This document shows, piece after piece, positions 40,806 to 52,390 of a DNA stretch of 64,000 nt. Positions within the stretch are counted from its first letter, which is position 1; each line of letters begins with the position of its first letter. The stretch spans positions 17,546,001 to 17,610,000 of the forward strand of contig OZ024764.1 in NCBI GenBank assembly GCA_964016885.1, in the 5' to 3' direction. Source of the stretch: Eledone cirrhosa. Lineage: Eukaryota. Under the pieces are notes generated by a model. The model ran no database searches and was not told where the DNA came from. It saw nothing but the letters and a program-made list of their open reading frames with translations. The position numbers and the translations under genes were made by a program.

Positions 40806-42631
40806 TTTGGGTAGAAAAAAAAAATTATATCTTTCTCACTACCGGAAGTAGTGCAAAAAGCGCGACGCGACGACCCCTAGCGGATAATAAGTATAATAAT
40901 ACTACTAGAGTGGTCTATGGTAAAGAGAGAGGCGTAGGGAGGGAGAGGAGGAGTAATGAAGAGTTATAAAGAGAGGGGAGGAAGAGGAGGAGTAATGAAG
41001 AGACATAGAGAGGGGAGGAGGGAAGAGAGACAAGGAATAAAGGGAGAAAGTAGGAGGAGGAGGAGGAAGAAGGTGGTAGTAAGAAGATATATACAGAGAA
41101 GGAAGAGAGGAGAAAAGAGAGACGAGGAATAAGCAGAAAGAGAGAGAGAGTAGGAGGAGAAGAAGGTAGAAGGCGGAGGGAAAGAAAGAGAGAGAGAGAA
41201 GGGAGGGAAGGAAAGAGAGAAGGAATAAAGACACAGCGAGAGTGAGTAGGCATAGAGAGGAAGGGGTAAAAGAGATAAGTAAGAGGGAGGAGAACAATAG
41301 AGAAGGAGAGATAAAGAAGGAAGAGGTTATAAAGAGAGTGAGTGAGAAAGATAGAAGGTAAGAGAGGAAAGAAAGAGGAGAAGAAATAGAGAGAAAGCAA
41401 GGAACAGAAAGGTAATAGAGTATGAGTAATTAGAAAGGGTAAAAGAAATAACGAAGAAATACTGAAGGGGAGAAGACAGGAACAAGAAGAGATTAAAGAC
41501 GGAGGGGGAATTAAAAGAAAGGGTAAAGAATAGATAAGAGGTATGGTAGGAGTAACGTAATAGTAGAGAACACTGCGGAGGGAGGTAGAGTAAGAAAGAG
41601 TAGCTATTACATTAGACGGGGCGGGGGTAAGGGATAAGTGAAAGAGTAAAGAATAGATAAGAGAGAGAGGAAAGAGGGAGAGCGTAGAAAGATTAAAGAC
41701 ATAAAGAGAGGGAAGAAAGTAAGAAAGAGTAAAAAGTAATAGAGGTAGGAGAAAAGTAGAAAGTGTAGGAAATTAGAGTAAAGAGGAGTTGAGGTCACAG
41801 TGAAGAAAGTAAGAGAGAGACAGATAAAGTATAGAGAGAGGGGAATTAGAAAGGGTAAGGGATTAATATATAGAGAGAAAGAGACATATATATAGTATAT
41901 AGAGAAGGGAAGGGAGGATTAGAAAGGGTAAGAAATCAAAGAATATATATATAGAGAGAGAGAGAGAGGGAGGGGGACAGAGAGAGAGAGGGGGACAGAG
42001 CGAGAGAGACGGTGAAAGAGAGAGACAGATACACAGTGAATGTGAGAGATAGAAAGAGAGAGGGGGGGGACAGACAGAGAGAAAGAGAGAGAGAGAGGCA
42101 GACAGAAAGAGGGAGACGGAGAGAGAGACAGTGAAGGGGAGGGAGAGAGAGAGAGAGAGAGCAAAGAGAGACAGACAGAGTGACACAGAGAGAGAAATAG
42201 ATAGATAGAGAGAGAGTATTCATATTGAGAGAGAGAAGGAGAATAAGGGGGAGAGAATTTGCTGTGTTTCTTTTATTCGACGATAGACAGCGCTACACAT
42301 TCACTTCCGCCACCCGGTTTCGTTCATTCCAGCGTGGTTTCGGTCGTAAAGAAGTTTTCACGTTATATTTTACATATGTTGATTATATATAAATATTTAT
42401 AAATATATAAATATATATTATTAGTACAGACAATAAATATATATATTTATTATCTGCTCTACGGGCTTATATACATTTTTTTAATTATTATATATACATA
42501 TATAAATATATATATATATAACCCTTATCAAGCCCTCAACGGATTTGGTCTTAATAATTATTATTATATATAAATATAAATATATATAATTTATATTATT
42601 TTATATTCCTTTGCCTTAAATCTCCCCCAAA
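40806..42631. promoter_or_regulatory. Divergent promoter/5'-UTR interval shared by eIF4H and MYBBP1A
   Basis: Head-to-head ATGs 1.83 kb apart; ETS-type ACCGGAAGT at 40841-40849, CACTTCCG at 42302-42309, YY1-like AAAATGGCCG over the eIF4H start; CpG-richer patches at both ends. Confidence 0.6.
40900..42255 (+). repeat. Polypurine (GA-rich) low-complexity tract, ~1.3 kb
   Basis: Plus strand almost entirely A/G. Confidence 0.9.
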
Positions 42632-42868
42632 ATGGTTGAACTTCTAAGTAATAAATCTGCTACGAAGCTTGACTCTTCGTTAACCGGGACACTCCCTCAA
42701 GAGGAACACGTGTTGCCCTCATCTAAGTTGATGGACATCGTACCCAGAGCTATAGATGTGGACAGGGAGATCCTGGATCTATTCACAGTGTTGGCTGTCG
42801 CCTCTAAAGACAACAGAATCGTCGCCGTTCAAGATTTGATCACAAAACTTAAAGAAAAACAAGAAGAG
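42632..42868 (+). CDS. MYBBP1A: Myb-binding protein 1A (Pol5 family) coding exon 1
   Basis: caaaATGG; ..DREILDLFTVLAVASKDNRIVAVQDLITKLKEKQEE|gtgagt resembles MYBBP1A SREFLDFFWDIA..RLAA. Confidence 0.85.
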
Positions 42869-42889
42869 GTGAGTTTTTGTTTTGTATAT

Positions 42890-44090
42890 ATTGTTGCTGT
42901 TGTTGTGGTGGTGGTGTCGGTGTCGGCTGTTGTTGTTGTGGTGGTGGTGGTGTCGGCTGTTGTGGTGGTGGTGGTGGTACTGGTGTCGGCTGTTGTTGTG
43001 GTGGTGTCGGCTGTTGTGGTGGTGGTGGTGTCGGTGTCGGCTGTTGTTGTGGTGGTTGTGTCGGCTGTTGTGGTGGTGGTGGTGGTGTCGGCTGTTGTGG
43101 TGGTGGTACTGGTGTCGGTGTCGGCTGTTGTTGTGGTGGTTGTGTCGGCTGTTGTGGTGGTGGTGGTTGTGTCGGCTGTTGTGGTGGTGGTGGTGGTGTC
43201 GGCTGTTGTGGTGGTGGTGGTGTCGGCTGTTGTGGTGGTGGTGGTGGTGGTACTGGTGTTGTGGTGGTGGTACTGGTGTTGTGGTTGTGTGGTACTGGTG
43301 TTGTGGTGGTGTCGGCTGTTGTGGTGGTGGTGTAGTGGTGTGGTACTGGTGTTGTGGTGGTGGTACTGGTGTTGGTGGTAGTACTGGTGTGGTTATTGGT
43401 GGTGGTGGTGGTAGTAGTACTGGTGTGGTGGTGTTGGTTGTAGTACTGGTGTGGTTATTGGTGGTGGTGGTACTGGTGTTGTAGTTGTTGATATCAGTGG
43501 TGGTGGTGGTGTTAGTACTGTGTTGTAGTTGATGTGGTGGTGGTGGTACTGGTGTTGTTAGTGGTGGTGGTGGTGCTGTAGTTGATGTGGTGGTGGTGGT
43601 GGTGTTAGTACTGGTGTTGTTGGTGGTGGTGTTGGTACTGGTGTTGTAGTTGATGTGGTGGTGGTGGTGGTGTTAGTACTGGTGTTGTTGGTGGTGGTGT
43701 TGGTACTGGTGTTGTAGTTGATGTGGTGGTGGAGGTGGTGTTAGTACTGGTGTTGTTAGTGGTGGCGGTGTTGATGGTGTAGTTGTAGTGTTTGTTGTTG
43801 GTGTTGTTGTTGTTGGTGGTGGCAGTTGTGTTGTTACAGCTGTAGTGTTGGTGGTAGTATTATTATTGTTGCAGTAGTAGACATGGTGGTGTTGTAGTTG
43901 TGTTAGTGGTGATGTTGATGGTACTGTTGTTGTTATCATTGGTGATGATGTAGGTGTTGTTACAGTTGTAGTAGTAATAGTGTTGTTGTTGGTGTTATTG
44001 TTACTATTACAGTAGTAGTAGTAGTAGTAGTAGTAGTAATAATTGTTGTTACAGTTGTAGTAGTAGTAATTGTTGTTACAGTTGTTGTAT
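42890..44090. repeat. (GGT/TGT/TAG)n low-complexity tract in MYBBP1A intron 1
   Basis: Read directly. Confidence 0.9.
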
Positions 44091-44122
44091 ATAACCCCCC
44101 TGCCCTGTTTTCTATTTTCCAG

Positions 44123-44236
44123 GATTCAGAAACAGAACCCTGCCTTGAGGTCCGTTATTCCCTAAAGAGACTTATTAAGGGTCTGTCATCTCCCCGCAAG
44201 TTGGTTCGTGTTGGTTACCCTTTAGCCCTTTGTCAG
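44123..44236 (+). CDS. MYBBP1A: MYBBP1A exon 2, DSETEPCLEVRYSLKRLIKGLSSPRKLVRVGYPLALCQ
   Basis: ttccag/gtgagt; YxLKRLIxGL..R..YxLAL is the hallmark Pol5/MYBBP1A motif. Confidence 0.95.
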
Positions 44237-44334
44237 GTGAGTATTTCTAGATCCCTAAGGTAAGGAAAGGTTAGAGCAGAACCCATCAGCCTCTTTAGGC
44301 CTTCGAGGTGGAATCAAACATAACATCTTATGTT

Positions 44335-44365
<31 letters not shown>

Positions 44366-45104
44366 CTTTATGGTAAATATCATCTTGGTTAAGAGAGTGG
44401 GACTGGCTTTGTGCAGTGCCTTTGCTCACTATAAAAGCTTCACGGCACAGGCATTGCTTTATATCTGGAGATCTCTCTGCACTTGTCGTCACATGGTGCC
44501 ATGGGCCCAGCACTATGTGTCAATAATTGTCACAAGTGTAGTGTTTGTACCAGAGTTTTCAAGTCGCTGGCTGGACTAAAAAGTCACACTCGTTCAGCGC
44601 ATTGGTAGGGGTTCTCCTACATGGATATAAAGTAGTGGCCGTACTCGAAAACGAGTTGGCAGCTACCATATATATATATCATCATCATCATTTTACGTCC
44701 GCTTTTCCCTGCTTGCAAGGGTGGGACAGGAACTGATTCTGGCTTGATTTCTACAGCTGGATGCCCTTCCTAACACCAACCTCATTTACAGTGAGTGCTG
44801 GGTGCTTTTTTGCCGTCGCACCTCCACGACCATTTTGCAGTGGAATGATAGGGACCTCAGTCCCTATCGTCTCATTTCTACAGCTGAGTAAACTGGAGCA
44901 ATGTGAAATAAAGTGTCTTGCTCAAATGTGTCTTAGAAAATGTATGAATCCCAAAACAGAAAATATCTCTAACCTCACTCAATGGTTATAAACAATATCC
45001 CCTCCCCGCTATATATATAGGGGTATGTAGAATGCTCAGCATGTATGAAGAATCGAACTCTGTATTTCTTAAATTCTTCAAAATTTCCATAATTTCTTTT
45101 CCAG

Positions 45105-45194
45105 ATTCTCCGCCAATTTCCTGAGATACAAGTTATCGATGTTCTACAAATGGTGGAAGAATGTTTGGATCTGACGAGAGCCGAGAGTTCTTCG
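45105..45194 (+). CDS. MYBBP1A: MYBBP1A exon 3, ILRQFPEIQVIDVLQMVEECLDLTRAESSS
   Basis: ttccag/gtaaat, phase 0-0. Confidence 0.9.
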
Positions 45195-45269
45195 GTAAAT
45201 CAACTTCTTCTCTTAAATATTGTTCTCCTTCTCTTTGATCTTCATCTTTTTCTTTTACTTTTTCAACAT

Positions 45270-45570
45270 ATCCTGGACAGGACACCAGTCCATTGCAGGG
45301 TTAAACACCCAGCTTTAGTTACCTTGGTGTTAAGTGACTGAGAGTACAAGACTCCCCCCTGGACAGGACACCAGTGCATCACAGGGTTAAACACCCAGCT
45401 TTAGTTACCTTGGTGTTAAGTGACTGAGAGTACAAGACTCCCCCCTGGACAGGACACCAGTGCATCACAGGGTTAAACACCCAGCTTTAGTTACCTTGGT
45501 GTTAAGTGACTGAGAGTACAAGACTCTCCCCTGGACAGGACACCAGTCTATTGCAGGGTTAGATCCCCAA
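45270..45570 (+). repeat. 85-bp tandem repeat (~3.5 units) at a SINE end
   Basis: Repeated ggacaggacaccagt..gggttaaacacccagctttagttaccttggtgttaagtgactgagagtacaagactc. Confidence 0.85.
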
Positions 45571-45759
45571 TTATTACTGGTACTCATTTTCAGTTGAGTA
45601 TACTAGAGCAAGGTGAAATGAAGTGTTTTGCTCAAGAACGCATCACACAACCCAGTCCAGGAATCAAACCCATCACATGATAATCCTAAGTCCAATACCC
45701 TAACCACTAGGCCACATATCCCACTGTGCTTTTTATTGTTTTTGTTTCTTACCCCTCAG

Positions 45760-45831
45760 GAAAAATCCAACATGGAGGTCGGCATTGCTCTTGCATATGG
45801 TGCTGTGATACAGTCAGATGTCTTGTTGAAG
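45760..45831 (+). CDS. MYBBP1A: MYBBP1A exon 4, EKSNMEVGIALAYGAVIQSDVLLK
   Basis: cctcag/gttagt, phase 0-0. Confidence 0.88.
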
Positions 45832-46286
45832 GTTAGTATATATATATTTCATTTTATTTCATTTTACGTCCACTTTTCCCTGCTTGCAAGGGTGGGACGG
45901 GAACTGATTCTGGCTTGATTTCTACAGCTGGATGCCCTTCCTAACACCAACCTCATTTACAGTGAGTCCTGGGTGTTTTTTTTGCCGTGGCACCTCCACG
46001 ACCACTTTGCAGTGGAATGATATGGACCCCAGTCCCTATCATCTCATTTCTACAGCTGAGTAAACTGGAGCAATGTGAAATAAAGTGTCTTGCTCAAGGA
46101 AACAACACATCACCCGGTCTGAGAATTGAACTCACAACCTTTCGATTGCAAGGCCAATGCTCTAACCACTAAGCCATGTGCCTCCATATATATATATACT
46201 ATATATTGTATATTATATACTATATATACTGTATATTATACCACTATGCTACCACTAACACACTGTTATCTCTCTCTCTATACCAG

Positions 46287-46394
46287 GATCAGACCCCAAT
46301 AGTACCACTGCTACACCAGTTAATGTCTTTCAAAAGTGACAGACCCTACATACAACATATCTGGCACCAATGTCTGCCGTTATTCATACACAAG
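46287..46394 (+). CDS. MYBBP1A: MYBBP1A exon 5, DQTPIVPLLHQLMSFKSDRPYIQHIWHQCLPLFIHK
   Basis: taccag/gtaaga, phase 0-0. Confidence 0.88.
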
Positions 46395-46415
46395 GTAAGA
46401 ATTTCTTCAACTTCA

Positions 46416-46449
<34 letters not shown>

Positions 46450-46547
46450 ACTATATATATATATATATATCCAGGGAGAGTAACTTGGAGTTACTGTAGG
46501 TTCACCCGGGTGAGCACTCGATGTTTAGGTTCACTTCCATTATAAGG

Positions 46548-46622
46548 GGTCCGATGAGCCGCGGATTACAGAGTCAAGTCAGATCAAACCTTGAGCTGAT
46601 CAGTGGCGAAACACGTGTCACC
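46548..46622 (+). ncRNA. Minimal hammerhead-like motif with a CCGATGA core variant
   Basis: GGT-CCGATGA-GCCGCGGATTA..TGATCAGTGGC-GAA-ACACGTGT (palindrome)-C-ACC, then AATAAA; GUC triplet. Confidence 0.6.
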
Positions 46623-46675
46623 AACCAATAAACGTAATGAAGGAGTAACCAATCGTCCTTGTTATTTTATTTCAC

Positions 46676-46755
<80 letters not shown>

Positions 46756-46787
46756 ATTATGTAATAAACAACATGAGAAAATTATTC

Positions 46788-46848
46788 CATTTACCAAAGG
46801 TTTCACGAAGACAGACGAGCTTCAGACAGACGTCTGAAATCACTCATC

Positions 46849-46850
<2 letters not shown>
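46788..46850 (-). ncRNA. Hammerhead core, 5' stem-I strand replaced by (TA)n
   Basis: Minus: CTGATGA-GTGA[ttcagac hairpin]TCGT-GAA-ACC TTT GGT-A; GUA triplet. Confidence 0.55.
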
Positions 46851-46887
<37 letters not shown>

Positions 46888-47104
46888 AATATAGGACTAG
46901 AACTGTTTCATTTGAATGAAACAGTTCTAGTACTGTAAAAGCCATTTTTATATTAAATTTTGTATATACTTTACTAATGTATTGAGTTCTTTATTTACTG
47001 TGGTTACCCTTGATTGAAGCCAGTGCTCACATATATATATATATATATATATATATGTTAGAGATATTGGTGAATTCAGAATGTATATTACAAGTAAACA
47101 ATAT

Positions 47105-47390
47105 CACTTCTCCAACCTCTGGGTCACCTCACTGACCTCTGGGTCACCTCACTGACCTCTGGGTCACCTCACTGACCTCTGGTTCACCACTCCAATCTCT
47201 GAGTCACTTCTCCAACCTCTGGGTCACCTCACTGACCTCTGGGTCACCACTCCAATCTCTGAGTCACTTCTCCAACCTCTGGGTCACCACTCCAATCTCT
47301 GAGTCACTTCTCTGACCTCTGGGTCACCTCACTGACCTCTGGGTCACCACTCCAATCTCTGAGTCACTTCTCTGACCTCTAACCTCTGGC
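47105..47390 (+). repeat. 19-bp minisatellite abutting the exon 6 acceptor
   Basis: Repeated acctctgggtcacctcactg / aatctctgagtcacttctc. Confidence 0.9.
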
Positions 47391-47399
47391 CCCTTTCAG

Positions 47400-47525
47400 T
47401 TGGTGACACATGAAGACTTTGAGACTAAAATCTGGCCAGTCCTCGAGAAGGATCTGTCAATGGGGTGGAAGGATGTGACACCTGAGAGACTGGAAGTCCT
47501 CTTGATGTGTAAACAACACCTGCCT
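47400..47525 (+). CDS. MYBBP1A: MYBBP1A exon 6, LVTHEDFETKIWPVLEKDLSMGWKDVTPERLEVLLMCKQHLP
   Basis: tttcag/gtgagt, phase 0-0. Confidence 0.9.
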
Positions 47526-47819
47526 GTGAGTATAACAATTATATTCTTTTACTGTGGCCATGCTGGGGCAGTGCCTTGACTCATGGCATTCTGTTCCACA
47601 TGAAACCACATTAGTAAGACATTGTTGAAAAATACAAAACAACACTATGACTACATCACATTAAATATTAAAGTCTTTACTGTAATACTGTAAATTTTGA
47701 CAACAATCTGTCCACCAGTAAAGATACTATACGTGAGGTAAAGCCTTTACCATGAAAATACAATAGTATATATAGAGTAATGTAAATGTTATGTGAGGTA
47801 AAGCCTTTACTGTGAAAAT

Positions 47820-48495
47820 ACAAGACAAGCGAATACCCTCCATCAGGCATCTACCATACTCTGAACGCCTTGCTTCCCTGGGTATCGATACATTGAAGCT
47901 CCGACGTCTGGCAACTGACTTGGTAGACATCCACAAGATTATTAACCATCTTGCCAACAACAATCCTGAGCACCTTTTTTAATTCCATGTGTCTAACACA
48001 CGTGGATATGCCTACAAAGTCAGAAAACAGCACAGCTCCCATGACTTTCGGAAACATTTTTTCACGCTCAGAGTTGCTGAAGCATGGAACAAACTACCTG
48101 CATCAGTTGTTAGCTGTTGAGACACTGCATCCTTTAAAACCTCCATGGAACAAACTACCAGCATCAGTTGTTAGCTGTCGAGACACTGCATCCTTTAAAA
48201 CCTCCATGGAACAAACTACATGCATCAGTTGTTAGCTGTCGAGACACTGCATCCTTTAAAACCTCCATGGAACAAACTACCTGCATCACTTGTTAGCTGT
48301 CGAGACACTGAATCCTTTAAAACCTCCATCCTTCCTGAAATTCACCAACACTACACCTGATATTCCCCCTCCATACACTCACAGACATATCATGACTCAT
48401 ACACTGTTCACTTTCCTGACATTTGTACATTATTCTATGTACTATACATGCATCTTTGATGAGTTGTAGTGCACCTGAGCACTACACAATAATTT
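47820..48495 (+). mobile_element. CR1-clade LINE 3' end (with a ~58-bp internal tandem at 48085-48330), nested in a TTAA MITE
   Basis: Decodes to LPYSERLASLGIDTLKLRRLATDLVDIHKII..HFFTLRVAEAWNKLPASVV, a typical CR1 C-terminus, followed by a 3' UTR. Confidence 0.8.
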
Positions 48496-48591
48496 GAATA
48501 TTTTTATAACTATAGAGTAATGTAAATGCTAAAGGGTTAATTAATTAACTAATTAAATAATGACGATGTTGAATTAATTGTTGTTTTTCAG

Positions 48592-48684
48592 TTGAAGATA
48601 GACAAGCCGTTCCTTAAGAAACATTGGCTGAGTAAGACGGTAATTGGAGAGAAAACATATAAACATATTGTGTCAGTTCTGGAG
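48592..48684 (+). CDS. MYBBP1A: MYBBP1A exon 7, [31 protein letters not shown]
   Basis: tttcag/gtatgt, phase 0-0. Confidence 0.87.
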
Positions 48685-48898
48685 GTATGTGATGTCGTGG
48701 TGTTCATTATAGGCAGTCTGTGTTGTGTGTGTGTATGTAATGTCAGTCTGTATGTGTAGAAAGTAGAGGATAAATGGTGGTGATATATAATCAGTGTATA
48801 TGGATATATAGGCATGTATGTATGTGTGTATATATATATATATATATATGTATGTGTATATATATCTATGTGTATGTATATATGTGTATATATGTATG

Positions 48899-48939
<41 letters not shown>

Positions 48940-49158
48940 CTGTATGTGTGTATGTATATGTATATATACGTATGTGTGTATGTATATGTATATATACGTA
49001 TGTATGTATATATACATATATACAGTATCAGTCTGTGTGAGTGAATAAGGAAGTATATATGTCTGTGAGTGTATATACATACATATATATATATATATGT
49101 GACACACACACATATATATATATATGACACACTCACACATCTACACTATATATTTCAG

Positions 49159-49258
49159 GAGTCCACACGTGGCCATCCCCTCATACACAACGTCAGTAAA
49201 CTCCTGGTCCAGGAACTTTCTCCGGACATGGTCAGAATATTCTGGAAAGAGGTCGGTG
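49159..49258 (+). CDS. MYBBP1A: MYBBP1A exon 8, ESTRGHPLIHNVSKLLVQELSPDMVRIFWKEVG
   Basis: tttcag/gtaagt, phase 0-1; FWKEV motif. Confidence 0.92.
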
Positions 49259-49459
49259 GTAAGTATCATTGCCGTGGCTCTAATCCTGGGTGAAGGTCAC
49301 TTAGGATTGTCTCCCCTGTCTGATCTTCACTGTGTGTCCACAAGGTATGTTAGGATGGAGAGAGGAAAGGAATGTAGTGTTCTGGGTGTTGTTTAGCCCC
49401 AGGTCAGTCCTGATCCTGTAGACCTATAATATGATCAAAGATGTTCCAGTTGTGACGAT

Positions 49460-51575
49460 CCTGTCTTATATACAGACACAGTGTACCTAGGACTACATTA
49501 TCTAATGTGCCCTGTCTTATATACAGACACAGTGTATCTAGGACTACATTATCTAATGTGTCCTGTCTTATATACAGACACAGTCCACCTAGGACTACAT
49601 TATCTAATGTGTCCTGTCTTATATACAGACACAGTGTACCTAGGACTACATTATCTAATGTGTCCTGTCTTATATACAGACACAGTGTATCTAGGACTAC
49701 ATTATCTAATGTGTCCTGTCTTATATACAGACACAGTGTACCTAGGACTACATTATCTAATGTGCCCTGTCTTATATACAGACACAGTGTATCTAGGACT
49801 ACATTATCTAATGTGTCCTGTCTTATATACAGACACAGTGTACCTAGGACTACATTATCTAATGTGCCCTGTCTTATATACAGACACAGTGTATCTAGGA
49901 CTACATTATCTAATGTGTCCTGTCTTATATACAGACACAGTGTACCTAGGACTACATTATCTAATGTGCCCTGTCTTATATACAGACACAGTGTATCTAG
50001 GACTACATTATCTAATGTGTCCTGTCTTATATACAGACACAGTGTACCTAGGACTACATTATCTAATGTGTCCTGTCTTATATACAGACACAGTGTATCT
50101 AGGACTACATTATCTAATGTGTCCTGTCTTATATACAGACACAGTATATCTAGGACTACATTATCTAATGTGTTCTGTCTTATATACAGACACAGTGTAT
50201 CTAGGACTACACTATCTAATGTGTCCTGTCTTATATACAGACACAGTGTACCTAGGACTACATTATCTAATGTGTCCTGTCTTATATACAGACACAGTGT
50301 ATCTAGGACTACATTATCTAATGTGCCCTGTCTTATATACAGACACAGTGTACCTAGGACTACATTATCTAATGTGTCCTGTCTTATATACAGACACAGT
50401 GTATCTAGGACTACATTATCTAATGTGTCCTGTCTTATATACAGACACAGTGTACCTAGGACTACATTATCTAATGTGTCCTGTCTTATATACAGACACA
50501 GTCTATCTAGGACTACATTATCTAATGTGTCCTGTCTTATATACAGACACAGTCTACCTAGGACTACATTATCTAATGTGTCCTGTCTTATATACAGACA
50601 CAGTGTACCTAGGACTACATTATCTAATGTGTCCTGTCTTATATACAGACACAGTGTACCTAGGACTACATTATCTAATGTGTCCTGTCTTATATACAGA
50701 CACAGTGTACCTAGGACTACACTATCTAATGTGTCCTGTCTTATATACAGACACAGTGTATCTAGGACTACATTATCTAATGTGTCCTGTCTTATATACA
50801 GACACAGTGTATCTAGGACTACAATATCTAATGTGTCCTGTCTTATATACAGACACAGTGTATCTAGGACTACATTATCTAATGTGTCCTGTCTTATATA
50901 TAGACACAGTGTACCTAGGACTACATTATCTAATGTGTCCTGTCTTATATACAGACACAGTGTACCTAGGACTACATTATCTAATGTGTCCTGTCTTATA
51001 TACAGACACAGTCTACCTAGGACTACATTATCTAATGTGTCCTGAGACAGTATATCTAGGACTACATTATCTAATGTGTCCTGTCTTATATACAGACACA
51101 GTGTACCTAGGACTACATTATCTAATGTGTCCTGTCTTATATACAGACACAGTGTACCTAGGACTACACTATCTAATGTGTCCTGTCTTATATACAGACA
51201 CAGTGTATCTAGGACTACATTATCTAATGTGTCCTGTCTTATATACAGACACAGTGTATCTAGGACTACAATATCTAATGTGTCCTGTCTTATATACAGA
51301 CACAGTGTATCTAGGACTACATTATCTAATGTGTCCTGTCTTATATATAGACACAGTGTACCTAGGACTACATTATCTAATGTGTCCTGTCTTATATACA
51401 GACACAGTGTACCTAGGACTACATTATCTAATGTGTCCTGTCTTATATACAGACACAGTCTACCTAGGACTACATTATCTAATGTGTCCTGAGACAGTAT
51501 ATCTAGGACTACATTATCTAATGTGTCCTGTCTTATATACAGACACAGTGTATCTAGGACTACATTATCTAATGG
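49460..51575 (-). repeat. 51-bp satellite array 3 (~41 units), opposite strand to arrays 1 and 2
   Basis: Reverse complement of the same unit; internal 447-bp duplication marked by a deleted unit at ~51043 and ~51490. Confidence 0.97.
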
Positions 51576-51662
51576 TACGATGGAGGGATGTCTCTGCTCT
51601 GTGTGAGAGCAGTCCCTTGTGATGTTTGTTCTGCCTTGTAAATCTAACTGTTTTATCTTCAG

Positions 51663-51751
51663 AGACCCTATTTCATGGCGAACTCTCCAAAAGACGTCTC
51701 GGTATGTTCCTCTTATCGGAATTGATCAAGAAACCCTTGGATATTGAACAG
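51663..51751 (+). CDS. MYBBP1A: MYBBP1A exon 9, (E)TLFHGELSKRRLGMFLLSELIKKPLDIEQ
   Basis: cttcag/gtatgg, phase 1-0. Confidence 0.88.
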
Positions 51752-51953
51752 GTATGGATGATTGATTTGAGTTTAAAAAATAACTGTTTGATCCTTTTGA
51801 TACCAAACTGCCTGAAATTGCACCGATTTCTATGATACAAAACCTCTTTATGTATTTATCTAAGAAGAAAACCCGTTTTATGTAAGAACCTTTGTTTTTC
51901 ATTAGAAATAGGGTAATGAAAGTGTTAAAGTGTTTATATGTTTACTTTTCCAG

Positions 51954-52043
51954 ATTGAGATGTTGTTATCTAAACATGTCTGTGAAACGGTGTTTACAGA
52001 TCTTAAGTTCATCAATACGGACAAGTCTTCAGCACAAATGGTG
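51954..52043 (+). CDS. MYBBP1A: MYBBP1A exon 10, IEMLLSKHVCETVFTDLKFINTDKSSAQMV
   Basis: ttccag/gtaggt, phase 0-0. Confidence 0.83.
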
Positions 52044-52073
52044 GTAGGTAGCTTCTGCTTTTTGTCTAAGATA

Positions 52074-52181
<108 letters not shown>

Positions 52182-52322
52182 TTATAAATGTGTGTGTGTA
52201 TATATATATACATATAGATGTGTATATATATATATATATGTTTTTATATATATATATAAATGAAGTAATTCCATCGGAAAGGTCCAGGAAAAAAGAGTGC
52301 TCTATGTAGGTTACAGAGCTTA

Positions 52323-52390
52323 ATAGTTATGTAATAAACAACATAAGGCAATTATAAATAATTGCCTTATGTTGTTTATTACATAACTAT
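52323..52390. repeat. Perfect palindrome, 33-bp arms, 2-nt loop
   Basis: atagttatgtaataaacaacataaggcaattat aa ataattgccttatgttgtttattacataactat. Confidence 0.93.
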
